64,000 nt of DNA from Octopus vulgaris (taxonomy: Eukaryota). The position numbers were made by a program, and so were the translations under genes. The stretch is from NCBI GenBank assembly GCA_951406725.2, contig OX597814.1, forward strand, positions 105,090,001 to 105,154,000. The letters are read 5' to 3'. The notes below the pieces were generated by a model, which saw only the letters and a program-made list of their open reading frames with translations, was not told where the DNA came from and searched no databases. Below are positions 10,814 through 25,255 of this stretch, piece by piece; within the stretch, counting starts at the first letter, position 1; each line of letters begins with the position of its first letter.

Positions 10814-13790
10814 AGCCATAGATATAAATAGAGTAAAGGGTGAGCTAGTTAAGAAGCTAGAAGAGGCAATTAGAAGCGGCATCGCATCCGACGTTTTGGC
10901 GGCGAGGTTGGCCCTCGACCAACACTTCAACGCCAAACACGAAGGGTGTGCTGTCAGAGCTAGGATGCGTGCTCTAAGGAACGAAGGTGTTGGAGCCGCG
11001 AGAGAGGCCCGGGTGGTAGAGGCGCAACAGGGCAACAAAGCCACCATTCGGTCTCTGGTAGATGAACAGGGGCGCGAATTGCTCGAGCCAAGTAAAATGT
11101 GTGAGGCCTTTCAACAGCATTTTGCCCGACTGTTCGGGACGAGTGGCGGTCAAGAACGTAGGGTGGACTTCAGTGCCTACCTGCACAGCCTACCACGACT
11201 CTCGACAAGAGAGGCAGGGTGCTGCGAACGTGCCATCACGGCAGCGGAAGTGCAAGACGCGATGGCAGAATGCTCGAGGGACAAATCACCGGGTTTGGAT
11301 GGTCAGCCCTACGAGCTTTACAATTGTATGCCAGACTTGTTTGGAGATGTCTTGGCAGCGGTATACTGCAACTGGCAGCAAAACGGGAGCATTCCTGGTT
11401 TTGTGAGCCGAGGAGCCGTAACACTGCTGAAGAAAGATCTAAACAAGGGAAATGTAATAGATAAGTTTAGGCCCATCACTCTGCTTAATGCAGACTTGAA
11501 AATTTTGGCCATGGTGCTAGCCAAGAGGTTGGCGCTTGTCATCGAGAAACTGGTCGACAAGGCGCAAACATGCGCCGTGCCGGGCCGGACCATCCATGAC
11601 AACCTCCACCTGATGCGCTACATCATAGACAGGGTAGTTAACGAACCTGGCATGGGTGGGGCGCTGATCAATTTGGATCAATCGAAAGCCTTCGATAGGG
11701 TGGACCATCGATACTTGGAGGCAGTCCTCAGAGCGGCTGGCTTCGGTCCCGTCTTCCGCGGCTGGATAGGCGCTTTGTACAGAGGCATCCGTTCGGTAAT
11801 TTGCGTAAATGGACATCTATCGAGACATTTCGACATCGCACGTTCGGTCCGTCAGGGATGCCCCCTCTCGTCACTTCTATACGTATTGACTCTCGAGCCA
11901 TTATTGCGGAAGCTGGCACGGGGGGAGGAGAACTGAGGATGGAGGATAGAGCGAGTCTGCATACGCGGACGACGTCACCGTCATAGTGTCTAGTCACGAG
12001 TACATCGAGCAGGTCGGCGAGACACTGAAAAACTACGAAGAGGTGACAGGAGTGAAAATCAACCGGGAAATGTCAGTGGGCTTGCGACTAGGCACCTGGA
12101 GAAGCAAGCCCATGCAGTCCACCAGCGCCTCCGTCGTGGGACGCTGGACCGACGGCCCGGTCGAGTTGCTGGGGTCTGGTTCGGTCCGGACCTCCAAGTG
12201 GAGAAGAACTGGAACGAGACAACGGGTAGGGTGGTCACTCTCGCCCGGCAATGGGCCGAGAGGAAACTGTCCCTAAAAGGTCGGGCGGAGGTGGCGAATA
12301 CGTACATCGCGTCCGTCATCTACAACCGCCTGACCGTCGTGCCTTGTCCCGACCCTACCATCACCAAACTAGAACGCATTCTCTTTCGCTTCTTGTGGAA
12401 AGGATGCGTCCCGATGGTCAGGCGATCCATTTGCTGTCAACATCCGTTAAAAGGAGGACTGGGCATGCCATGGTTGATGATGCGCAGACACCCGCTGAGA
12501 CTGCGACATCTCAGGCTCTTCGTAGACGACGGTGAACAGGTGTGGTCGCCGTTTGTGAGGCACGCTTTCCCGCAGCCCGTCTCCATGACCGAACTGCAGT
12601 CGTGGATCAAAAAGAGGCCGAGGAAGGGCGATTGGCACCGCGAGTGTCGCGTTGCTCTCAAGCAACTCTGCCGTCCTGGGTCGACCTTGAGTGACTTCAT
12701 CACAACTAAAGCATTCTATAGGGGATTAGTGGAGGGGAGGTATGATGACGAGCTCAGGGCGAACCTGGACGTCGACGAGGAGTACCTGACCCGCCTCTTC
12801 GGGACGACTTTCGGGCCAGGGCCCATGGACAACTTCCAGAGATCCCTGGCCAGGCAGTGCTACCGAGAAGCGCTACTCGTTCGGGATAAGCTCTACCGAC
12901 ACGGCTCGAGAAACACGGGGCCGACCTGCCCGAGATGCGGGCAGAGCGACGAAACCGTTCTGCACGCACTCGTGCAATGTCCAACAATTTCCGACCTGTG
13001 GGCTTATGTCGAACAACTGCTGTCACGTGTGGGCCGAGTCGGTTTATCAGCTGAGTCTATCGTTAATATTGTCACGCCTCCTTCCTTCAAACGGGAGGGA
13101 AGAATGTATCTGGTGTATCTGGTGGATACAGAATGTATCTGGCGAAAGAATGTATCTGGTGGACGCGCCTGTAAGGATTGGAGACAAACACTTTCCTCTC
13201 TGGTCAATCTCTCATCAACTTCTTCAAGTACCACTTGAAAAGGAAAGTGAGAGTAGAGAGGCAAGTTTTGTCTAGCGAATGTTTTAAAAATAGATGGGTG
13301 AATGTAGCAAGGATGGCACGTATGAATGACGAAGCCACCTTGAGTATAATTCTATGAACCTAGGAATTGAAAACAGAGGGTTACCCACTTGCAAACAAAT
13401 GTGGTAACATACAACAATATTGACCGAGGTTACCGTGGTCTTTTTCGTAGGCTTTTCTTCCCACGGATAAACCTTACTTGCTTTCCCCTTTACACCATAC
13501 ATCATAACACTGTAATACACGATCCCTATTGATCGTTTTTTTTTCCTCTTTCTCTTTTTCCCCCCTTTTTTCTTCTTTTTTTTCATTTCTCTTTTCTTTT
13601 GTTCCTTTTCCTTTTTTTTTTAATTTTTTGTTCTTTTTTTCTTTTTTACGATCCCTTTTGATCGAAAACCTACGCCAACTTTTTTTGTTTCTTTCGTTTT
13701 TTTTTTCGTTTTTTTCATTCCCCCAAAAGAAAAGCTCTACCTTGTAACTTGCCCCATCTGTGTGCAGCCCTGTGTGGCCAATAAAGAAAC
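10812..13790 (+). mobile_element. L1/Tx1-clade LINE, 5'-truncated, frameshifted ORF2 (RT plus C-terminal zinc knuckle)
   Basis: [57 protein letters not shown]-rich 3'UTR ending AATAAAGAAAC; (TATC)n at the 5' side and TATCTATCTGTC repeats at the 3' side. Confidence 0.9.
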
Positions 13791-13896
13791 ATATCTATCT
13801 GTCTGTCTGACTGTCTATCTGTCTGTTTTATTAATCTATCAATTTCTCTCTTTCTCTCTCTCTCTCTCTTGCATTCTCTCTCTTCCACTCTATCTA

Positions 13897-14028
<132 letters not shown>

Positions 14029-14689
14029 CCTATCTTCTGTCTCTCTCTCTCGGTCTAGCTGCCTGTTTGTCTACCTGTAAATTCGTCTATCTGTCTAATG
14101 ACAACTCGATTTGTTGAGCTTATGACTCCGTAACGTTGCAGTTTGGCAAAACTCATTCGATAGAATATCTACCAGGCTGCAAAGAAAATAACACCTTGGG
14201 TCGGTTTTTTCGACTAAATTTCTTCAAAGTAGTGTCCTAGCATGGTCGCAGATAAATTCGTTTCAAATACCGTTAAACAGCTCGCTGCATTAACTAGACG
14301 AAATAGTCGTTGCATTGAGACTGGCGGACATCTATGAAATTTAGAAACATGGGCGATAGATGCCTCTTGAAACAACATCATAAACTATATCGAAAACAAA
14401 AATGGAAACACCAACAAAATATTTAAATAAAAACTATACTGTGATAACAGTCAGCGAACATAGGAATAGAAAAACAATGAAATGCAAATTGGAATTACCA
14501 AATATCGTACTCAGAATTTGGCAAGGATGCATGGACGTGTAGATAATAAGGTCTGTTCAAAACTATGTGCATTCGAGTTCGATTCCGGAACATTCATCTC
14601 TAACTACTTGTACAAATATCTTCTTTTGAGCAGCGTGACCTTGCCTCTCTCCGTTTTGCATCGCAGCCAAACAGCGGCGCATAAGTTGG

Positions 14690-15433
14690 TTGCCTTCTAC
14701 ATCTATCTACCTGTACTCTTCCCGATGACGATTACATCTATAGCGGGTAGGTCTAACGCCTCGGTCTCCGAGTGAGCAGGGTGGTAGCAGACGAATTCGG
14801 CTCGCATAGTTTATCCTCCATTCTTAGAACCGCAGAGTCACCCGTTTCGCCGCCCCGAATGACTTCATCAGAAGGGGCCTTGGCACAGCTGGCTCCCATC
14901 TCAGCTTGAGATTGCAGGTCTCGACTGCGAGGACGGTAAGCACCTCAGCGTGATAACCCTCTTCCCATTCGAGGGAGGCAAATCCCTAGTCTAGGACTCG
15001 ACGTACAGTGAAATGTTCTCTGGTTCTAATCTTGCGTCATCTGCCGCAAACCCCAGTGTTGCCGCCCGTGACTTGAAAGAGCCAAAAATCAGTAAGTACA
15101 GAAGCCTAGCCGGCCATTACCAGTTTGAACCGGTTGCCGTCTAGATGTCCGATGCCCTAGGTCTCCGTACTACCGATATCTTCCTCAAAATAGGGATAGT
15201 AGCGGTCCCTTAAATAAGAAATTCACCACGGCGAAATGAAATGGTTACTGTAGCGAGTTTCACTGGTCATTCTCCGCGGCAACACTGACGCGGTCATGCC
15301 CGTGAGGCGCAGATGCGCGCTCCACTTCTTCTTGCATGAGTGGTAACTCGTCCCTCCCACTCCAACTTCCGATCTTTCTCTAGTTTTTCTCTTTACGATT
15401 TTTCTTTCTCTTTAAGTCGGGAATTGAAATAAA
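14690..15433 (+). mobile_element. CRE-clade LINE 3' fragment (paralog of 7290-8750)
   Basis: 14935-15280 is near-identical to 8258-8590 and retains an extra segment (..NDFIRRGLGTAG..DGKH). Confidence 0.65.
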
Positions 15434-15584
15434 ACTTAATATCTTCCTGTCTGTCTGTGCGTCTGTTTGCCTTCCTGTCTGCAAGTCTGTCTCTTTCGCT
15501 TTCTCCCTTTCTTCCATACTCACTTTCTCTCTATCGCTTTCTCTTTCACTCCACCTATATATATATTGTGTGTCTGTGTTTGAG

Positions 15585-15648
<64 letters not shown>

Positions 15649-15649
15649 G

Positions 15650-15726
<77 letters not shown>

Positions 15727-15958
15727 TATGTATACAAACACACAGCGCGCTGCCCGTAGCAGCGTCAAGTGTCACCGTCTCCGCGTCTATCGTTTCTCTG
15801 TTGCTATAGTTCACAGTATTCTACTAAAAGGTTGAGATTAAATCGTTTGGGAACGCAGCAGATTTGGAAAAATAAAATTGGAGAAAACAAGACGAACACG
15901 ATAAATAACAAACTTCAGGTTCTTCACCCACAACAGCTTCAAGCATTTTCCTTCGAAG

Positions 15959-16468
15959 ATGGGGAATGCAAGCTCATTAGACTTTTGCTCCAATTTTGAT
16001 GCCGACGAAATCAAAAGATTGGGAAAAAGATTTCGGAAGTTGGATGTGGATAAATCTGGTTCACTGAGTCTCGATGAACTTTCGTTTTTTCCACAGTCGC
16101 GAAAGAATCCTTTAGTTCAAAGAGTAATCGATATATTTGACACAGATGGAAATGGAGAAATAAATTTCAAAGAATTTATTGACGGCCTTTCTCAGTTCAG
16201 TGTTAAAGGAAATAATGAGGCGAAATTGAGGTTTGCATTTAGTATCTACGATATTGATAAAGACGGATTTATTTCCAATGGCGATCTTTTCCAAACGCTG
16301 AAATTAATGGTTGGCCCGAATCTGGAAGATGTACAACTTCAACAAATTGTGGATAGAACAATCATTTATGCAGATACCGACGGGGATGGTAAAATATCAT
16401 TCGAAGAATTCTGTGCTGTGGTTAGTACTATGGGCGTGCACGAGGCGATGGTCGTGAATGTAGTGTAA
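15959..16468 (+). CDS. Calcineurin subunit B-like EF-hand protein, intronless (169 aa)
   Basis: Starts MGNASS, four EF-hands, open frame. Paralog of 9057-9563 with conserved 5' and 3' flanks. Confidence 0.92.
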   Translation: MGNASSLDFCSNFDADEIKRLGKRFRKLDVDKSGSLSLDELSFFPQSRKNPLVQRVIDIFDTDGNGEINFKEFIDGLSQFSVKGNNEAKLRFAFSIYDIDKDGFISNGDLFQTLKLMVGPNLEDVQLQQIVDRTIIYADTDGDGKISFEEFCAVVSTMGVHEAMVVNVV

Positions 16469-16750
16469 GAATGTTCTGGAATATGAAAACTATTGTACTT
16501 GCCATGAAAACACTGATGGCTCATTGTTATGTATATAAATATGCATTTAATTATCCATAGAGTTTGAATGTATATTCACACTGTCTCTGGGCCCAGCTCT
16601 TTCTTTGTCTTGCTCTTCTATCCTATTCTCTTTCATATTCACAGAGAATTCACTCCTCTTTCTCTCTCTCTCTCTCCGCCCTCCCTCACTTACTCAATCC
16701 TCTCTCTCTGTCTTTCTCTCCCTCTCTGTCCCCACGGAAGCACATATACT

Positions 16751-16812
<62 letters not shown>

Positions 16813-16814
<2 letters not shown>

Positions 16815-16932
16815 TTCAGATGAATATGCTACTTAAGTTAAAGGCACCAAAATTTTGCATGGTATTAACCATATAAATCAAAATAAGCAGCAAGTATATA
16901 AAATGAAGTAGCATGAAACAATTGTACTACTC
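16813..16932 (+). ncRNA. 5'-truncated or variant hammerhead-like motif
   Basis: Perfect 9-bp stem ATGCTACTT/AAGTAGCAT directly followed by GAAAC-AATT-GTA, as at 60163 and 55007. The 5' core and stem I are missing or altered at a (TA)n junction. Confidence 0.4.
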
Positions 16933-17786
16933 TACCTTGGATATATTTGTTTCTTATTTTGACTATATATACATACATACATACACACACACAAACACGT
17001 CTGCACTCCTCACCTCGAATTTCCTTCCTTTCTCCCTCACATACAGTGGTGAGGGGACTCGGAACCCTTCCGATGTGTATATTCCAAATCCCCTTCACAC
17101 CCCGTTCACCAGCGCGCATGTTTTGTTTTTCTTCGTATTCGTTTACTAATTGTTGTTTTACAGCCTCTTAAACTATTTTGTTTCGAGTTTTGTGAACGGG
17201 GTGTTCCCGTTGACTTTTCGGATCCTGTGAGTTTGATCGTGGGAATTTACCGTGTCGACTCCACCCCACCCCCCACACACACACACACGCGCCGCTACCC
17301 CCGTTCGGCAGGGCGCTTTATTTTTTGGGGGGGATATTCGTTTAATACATGTTGTTTTACAACTATTATACAATTCTATTTTCATTTTGTGGCTGGGGTC
17401 AAAAGCTGGACGTTAACTCCCCCGCCGCCATACTATCTCCATGTTTTTCTCTCTTTTTCTCTTTTACTTGTTTCCATCAGCAGACCGAGGCCATACTGGA
17501 GCACCGTCTTCAAGGATTTCAGTCGAACGAATCGACCCCAGGACTTATTTTTAGGCCTGGCACTTACTCTTTCGGTCGCTTTGCCAAACCGCCTAGTTAT
17601 GGGGACGTAAACACACGAACACCGATTGTCATGCATTGATGGGGGACAACATATACACAAAATGACATACAACATACATGTACACATTCACAGAAACAGA
17701 CACACACAGAGACATACACACACATATATACATATACACACACATATACGCACACACGCACGCACGCACACACACACACACACACT

Positions 17787-17880
<94 letters not shown>

Positions 17881-18168
17881 CACACACACACATGACATTT
17901 GATTAAGACACTTGACCAAGGCACTTCCCCGAGGTGGGCCTGAACCCGGAACCGTGTGGTTGGGAAGCAAACATCTAACCACACAGCCATACACGCGCCT
18001 ATACTTATTTCATATACTAATTTGAGCAATTATTACTCTTTCCTTCATTATTTCATTTCAGATATTTTCTTTTCCAAAAGCATTCCAATTTCTCTCGGAT
18101 TCTCTCATTCTATCTCTTTCCTTTTACTTTCTTTTTAAATGTTTCCTGTGTTTTGTTTTACATCATCT

Positions 18169-18218
<50 letters not shown>

Positions 18219-18222
<4 letters not shown>

Positions 18223-19219
18223 CGATGGTGAACAGGTGTGGTCACCGTTTGTGAGGCACGCTTTCCCGCAGCTCGTCTCCATGACCGAACTGCAGTCGTG
18301 GATCAAAAAGAGGTCGAGAAAGGGCGAATGGCACCGCGAGTGTCGCGTTGCTCTCAAGCAACTATGCCGTCCCAGGTCGACCTTGAGTGACTTCAACACA
18401 ACCAAAACATTCTATAGGGGATTAGTGGAGGGGAGGTACGACGACGACCGCGGGGCGAACCTGGACATAGACGAGGAATACCTGACCCGCCTGTTCAGGA
18501 CGACTTTCAGGCCAGGGCCCATGGACAACTTCCAGAGATCCCTGGCCTGGCAGTGCTACCGAGAAGCGCTACCCGTTCGTGTTAAGCTCTACAGACACGG
18601 CTCGAGAAACACGGGGCCGACCTGCCCGAGATGCGGTCAGAGCGTTAAAACCGTTCTGCATGCACTCGTGCAGTGTCCAACAATTTCCGACCTGTGGGCT
18701 TATGTCGAACAACTGCTGTCACGTGTGGGACGAGTCGGTTTATCAGCCGAGTCTATCGTCAATATTATCACGCCTCCTTCCTTCAAACGGGAGGGAAGAG
18801 CTATTTTCATCATCCTTGTGGCTATGGCGAAAGAATGTATCTGGTGGACGCGTCTGAAAGGATTGGAGACAAACACTTTCCTCTCTGGTCAATCTCTCAT
18901 CAACTTCTTCAAGTACCACTTGAAAAGGAAAGTGAGAGTAGAGAGGCAAGTTTTGTCTAGCGAATGTTTTAAAAAAAGATGGGTGAATGTAGCAAGGATG
19001 GCACGTATGAATGACGAAGCCACCTTTAGTATAATCCTATGAACCCGGAAATTAAAAACAGAGGGTTACCTACTTGCAAACAAATGTGGTAACATGTAAC
19101 AATATTGACCGAGGTTACCGTGGTCTTTTCCGTAGGCTTTTCTTCCCACGGATAAACCTTATTTGCTTCCCCCTTTACACCTTACATCATGACACAGTGA
19201 CACACGATCCCTATTGATC
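18219..19219 (+). mobile_element. L1/Tx1-clade LINE 3' fragment
   Basis: Open 268-aa frame with CPRC..H..C knuckle, homologous to 12525-13533. Flanked by (TC)n at 5' and (TATC)n at 3'. Confidence 0.9.
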
Positions 19220-19231
19220 TATCTATCTATG

Positions 19232-19271
<40 letters not shown>

Positions 19272-19285
19272 CATATATATATCTT

Positions 19286-19357
<72 letters not shown>

Positions 19358-19463
19358 CCTATGTATCTATCTGTCTATCTATTTGTCTGTTTATTTATCT
19401 GTTTATTTATCTGTCTATCTTTCTATCTATCCTCTTGTCTGCCTGTCTATCTGTCTGCCTACA

Positions 19464-19579
<116 letters not shown>

Positions 19580-19580
19580 A

Positions 19581-19648
<68 letters not shown>

Positions 19649-19708
19649 GTCTGTCTGTCTGTCTGTCTATCTATCCATCCATCAATCCATCCATCTATCT
19701 ATCCATCC

Positions 19709-19792
<84 letters not shown>

Positions 19793-19872
19793 GCCTGTTT
19801 GTCTACCTGGCTGCCTCTCTGTCTGTCTGTGTTTCTGACTAAGTATATATGTATGTAATGTATGTATGTATG

Positions 19873-19903
<31 letters not shown>

Positions 19904-20268
19904 GTATGTATTTATGGAATCTAATCTTCGTAAGTATTATAGACTTTCTTTCTAATATAAAGTACACGTCTGATTAGCTAAGGGCAGATTTCTTCATGCA
20001 GCTGGATCTTATTATCTGCATACACTGCAACAATATCATGTACTTAGAATTTGGCAAGGATGCATGGACGTGTATACAAGAAGGTCGGTTCAAAACTACG
20101 TGCATTCGTGTTCGATTCCAGAACATTCAACTCGAAGTACTTGTACATATATCCTCTCTTGAGCAGCACGGCTTTGCGTCCCTCCGTTCTGAATCTTTAT
20201 GGGAGATGTACTTGCATAGCAAGTGTCCTGATCTGAGATCGTGTGCTGGAACGAAAACAATTGTAGCG

Positions 20269-20438
20269 TAAGCCATTTAAAGACACACAAAAACCGTTAG
20301 ATTCACTTCAACATTTGAATTGAATTTGCCAAAATATTTTCGTCACTTTGAGACCGTGACATGTTCAGCACGAATTTTGTCAGTGAACATGTCGCTGTTT
20401 AAATGTTGATATGAATCTAATGGTTTTTAAATGGCTTA
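20269..20438. mobile_element. MITE-like fold-back element
   Basis: TAAGCCATTTAAA..GTTAGATTCAC.TCAACATTT pairs with AAATGTTGA.ATGAATCTAA..TTTAAATGGCTTA; internal GACATGTTCA/TGAACATGTC. Confidence 0.6.
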
Positions 20439-20487
20439 TAATCACCTTCCACGCTGCAATTGTGTGTGTGTGTATGTGTGTGTGTGC

Positions 20488-21053
<566 letters not shown>

Positions 21054-21191
21054 CCTTGTGTGCTTAGGTGGGGAGGAAGTGAGATACACAGAAAGCTACG
21101 CAGATTGTTAGATAGTCCGACAGACAGATAGATATACAGGCAGGCAGACAGATAGATAAATATATTTATATATATATATACATATATATAT

Positions 21192-21250
<59 letters not shown>

Positions 21251-21282
21251 TACATATATATATATAAATATATACATTTTAT

Positions 21283-21314
<32 letters not shown>

Positions 21315-21332
21315 ACAGATATATATATATAT

Positions 21333-21381
<49 letters not shown>

Positions 21382-21419
21382 CAGATAAATAGATAGTTAT
21401 ATAGATAGATAAACAGATT

Positions 21420-21450
<31 letters not shown>

Positions 21451-21453
21451 AGG

Positions 21454-21524
<71 letters not shown>

Positions 21525-22815
21525 GCACTTAGGCAATTAGAAAGGTACTGAATGCTATAAGTAAGGCGTTCAATTTTTCTATATGGCCACCTCACCGGTA
21601 ATGAACGTGCAGATATGCTGCGGACTTTTGCTTGAATTTTGTACCTTCCATTACGTTCTCTCTTCTCTGTATGTCACGTGGCAAAATGTTCTCCAGTGGT
21701 TCAGCTTAGATAATTTTTAGAAGAGAATAGGGGCAAACCCTGCACATGCTTCTCATGAATTATCGGTGTTAATTGTCTCGTTACAACATTGCTTATTTTT
21801 ATCGAAACCCTGTCGGGATATAACCAAGACAACACCCTCAAAGGAGATTGTGAAAGTTTTTTTTGTCAAAGGTAGCATTTACTTCGTGTCCCTATGTTCT
21901 TCTCGAGGGAAACAGTCTATCACACACACACACACACACATACAAACACACGCACACACAAACACAAACACACACATACACACTTACACATACAACGTCT
22001 GTGTGCGTGTCTGTGTGCGAGCGTGTGTGTGTGTATTTGCATCCGTTAGATGCAACTGAACCGGTATTGAACAAAAACAGCCATCTCTGCACCATGCTCA
22101 ATCTATTTTAAATCGTTAAAAGGTCAATAAGTGCGGTATTTCCTCTTGATACAAATACCGCAGTAAACTGGTCTATCGGCGGTCTGTATATTACACTACG
22201 TATAATATTGTCTTTATATTCGTAACCGATCGAGTGTTAGACCATATGTTGAACTTCATACCACACACACACACACACACATATATAGATAGACAGCCGA
22301 CAACTTACTGCAATAAGAAATGGCTTAGCTTGGCTTCCATGTTCTTACCTGATGTGGCTGAGGTCATTCCAAGTTAGTGGTCCCAGAGGTGTCATCATGC
22401 ATAGAGCCGACCAGGTATACCAGAGCTCTTCGTCGCTGGTGCTCCCATGCCAGCCCCTCTGCAACCACCAAGGTGATGTTGAGCTTCTGGAGATCTCCTT
22501 CAATTCATGTCCAGCCAACTCGCAGCTGCTGCATTGAATGAGAGTAAAGCCCTGGTGTGATTATCTAGCAGGAGACATAGGACATGTCCGTACTCAGTGC
22601 GTGTGACAGATAGCTATGCAGTGGGAGCCTGTGCTATAATGCGTGTAGTTCTTTGTTGGAAACATGATGGTATTACCTGATGTTTTTGATGGTTCTCAGT
22701 GCTCTGCTAGCGACCGTTGATGAAGGATCGTTCTATGTGTTACTTGTCCTGTTTTCCATTTTTCTCATTGTTTGCATATTTAACTCGTTTGTGTTCCTAC
22801 TTCTTGTTGTTTACA

Positions 22816-22848
<33 letters not shown>

Positions 22849-22850
<2 letters not shown>

Positions 22851-23060
22851 CGGGAAGCTTTATGAAAATAAACAAAAGACGAAGGCAGGTGGAATACAAA
22901 CAAACAATTGTATTAGTATGGCGCTCAGGAATATAAATAAAACAAGTCTTTTACGTTTCGAGCCTACTCTCTTCAACAGAAAGATACACAGAAAAGAAAC
23001 ACAGAAAGAAACAAGGAGAGAAAAAAAATGCGTGCAGAGGCTAGCGAATCAACATGGCGA

Positions 23061-23064
<4 letters not shown>
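22849..23064 (-). mobile_element. Short (TA)n-inserted element with hammerhead-like motif at 22947-22984
   Basis: Minus strand: TCTTT|CTGTTGA|A|GAG-AGTAGG-CTC|GAAAC|GTA|AAAGA. Related to the elements at 41703 and 52369 (shared (G)CGCTCAGGAA segment and layout). Confidence 0.6.
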
Positions 23065-23102
<38 letters not shown>

Positions 23103-23169
23103 CTTAGATAAACTTAGATATGTTTCGACCAAAGACTGGTCCAGGCCATGTCTAACTTAATATCACCAC

Positions 23170-24165
23170 CTAATAGGATTATCTAAATCCTTTTTAAGTC
23201 GAGTTTTGTGATATCATGGTACACTCAGGTAGTGAGTTCTTGTTGAATGTGTTGTATCCTGGAAAAGGTGGCTTATCTGGTATTACTTTGAAGAAATTTG
23301 TCCAGACTCCGTTTAAAGGTGATAGGACCCTTTTCCTCTTTGATCAGTTTTGGGACAATGTTAAAGAGGGCAGGGCCTGTTGAGGAAAAGAAATTGTGTC
23401 GCAGTGTACCTATATGTTGTGATCCTCAATTGGGTAAGGGACGTATAGCCCGTGGTCCCAGCCTTGGATGAATCTTGAAACTAATGTTCAAGTCGTTTAG
23501 GCAATACTGGCGGTATATTTTCCACATCGTCCAAATGATGTACCGCTCGCGGCGGCACTGGAGAGAGTAGAGTTTCAAGGCTTTAAGGCGGTCCCAGTAA
23601 TCGAGATCAGTCATGCCCTAAATTCGTTTAGTGAATGCCCTCTGGGGTGATTCAATTTTCCAGATGTTTTATTTTGTATGGGGAGACAACAGGGGGCAGC
23701 AGCATTCGAGGTGTGGCCGTACAAAGAAGGAGAAAAGTGGAATGACACCTCGCTCTCTGGACGGGAAGGTTCTTAAGATCCAGGAGCTCATCTTACGAGC
23801 TATATCGACCTTATTGCTGATGTGGGCACTCCAACGGAGATTGTTATCTACAATTACACCCAGGTCTCTGATATTGTCAGATGCTGTGAGCGGTTCCCCT
23901 GAAGAAAGAGTGTATGGCTGTTCTAGTGTGGACTTTCTTCCAAAATGCATCAGCTCAAATTTTCCCTCGTTTAGTTGTATTTTGCTTTTGTCTGCCCATT
24001 AACTCACAGCATATAGCTCAGACTGGAGTTGAGTTCGGTCTTCTTCTTCATTGATGATTTGCTGAAGCTTAGTGTCATCAGCAAATATTTTCACTTTGCA
24101 GAATTTTACGATGCTGGAAAGGTGGTTTATGTAGATTATAAAGAGTAGCGGGTTCGAGACTGGTG
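23170..24165 (-). mobile_element. CR1/L2-group LINE RT 3' fragment
   Basis: PLLFIIYIN...KIFADDTKL, IRDLGVIVDNNLRWSAHI, VRPHLEC...W/LSPH-like, LKLYSLQCRRERY; decayed. Confidence 0.8.
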
Positions 24166-24290
24166 ACTTTTGCTGGGTTTGAGTGGACTCCAACAACAAA
24201 AACATCTTATGTTCTATTCACTAGGAAATACTCAAACCAGTATAGAAGTTTTCCATGGATTTATTTATATTATTGTATATGTATATATGT

Positions 24291-24580
24291 GGAGGCGCAA
24301 TGGCCTCGCAGTCGTAGGATCGCGGATTCGATTCCCAGAACGGCATTGTGTGTGTTTATTGAGCGAAAACACCTAAAGCCCCACGAGGCTCCAGCAGGTG
24401 GGGTGGTGAACCCTGCTGTACCATTTCACCACAATTTACTCTCACTCTTTCTTCCTGTTTCTGTTGTACCTGTATTTCAAAGGGGCCAGCCTTGTCACTC
24501 TCTGTATCACGCTGAATCTCCCCCGAGAACTACGTTAAGGGTACACGTGTCTGTAGAGTGCTCAGCCACTTGCACGTTAA
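24291..24580 (+). mobile_element. tRNA-derived SINE (GGAGGCGCAATGGC family, internally deleted)
   Basis: Homologous to 51968-52353 (-) and 57795-58122 (+). Confidence 0.75.
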
Positions 24581-24795
24581 TAAATGAGCTGCGACGTCAC
24601 TTGTACCAAGCTGTACCGGACTTGACCTTTCCCTTGGATAACATTGGTGGCGTGAGAGAGGGGATGGTGGTATGCGTGGGTGACTGCTTGTCTTCCATAA
24701 ACAACCTTGCCCAGACTTGTGCCTCAGAAGGTAACTTTCTAGGTGTAATCCCATAATCATTCATGACCGAAGGGGGTCGCAACAACAACAATATG

Positions 24796-24849
<54 letters not shown>

Positions 24850-24852
<3 letters not shown>

Positions 24853-25253
24853 TCATCACCATCATTGTTCGACCGTGGTCGAGACAATGGAATTTACTAT
24901 GTTACGCCAGACTTCACCGTCCATCATAGCATTACGGAGGTCCTGTTGCTGGATGCCTGTATCCCTGGAGATTACATCAGGGTAGGAGAGTGTGCGCCCT
25001 CTGGTATTGCGAGTAGATGGCTTCCAGAGGAGAAGAGTAGAAATTACTTCTTTTTCAGCTCTACAACAATGTCCAGCAAACTGGACTCTCCTACCTTTCA
25101 CAGGAGATGACAAAGGTGGTAATTTCCCATATATTTGCATTTTGGTTGGATGGCGCTTCCACGAGATATTTTGAGCTCTCATAAGGAGGCGAGTGTAGGT
25201 TCCATCCAACCGCCTCTCAAGCTTCTTTGATAACGTCCAGGTTTCTGAGCCAT
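24850..25253 (-). mobile_element. RTE-group LINE 3' end
   Basis: YGSETWTLSKKLERRLDGTYTRLLMRAQNISWK...FAGHC; (GAT)n tail. Confidence 0.75.
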
Positions 25254-25255
25254 AT

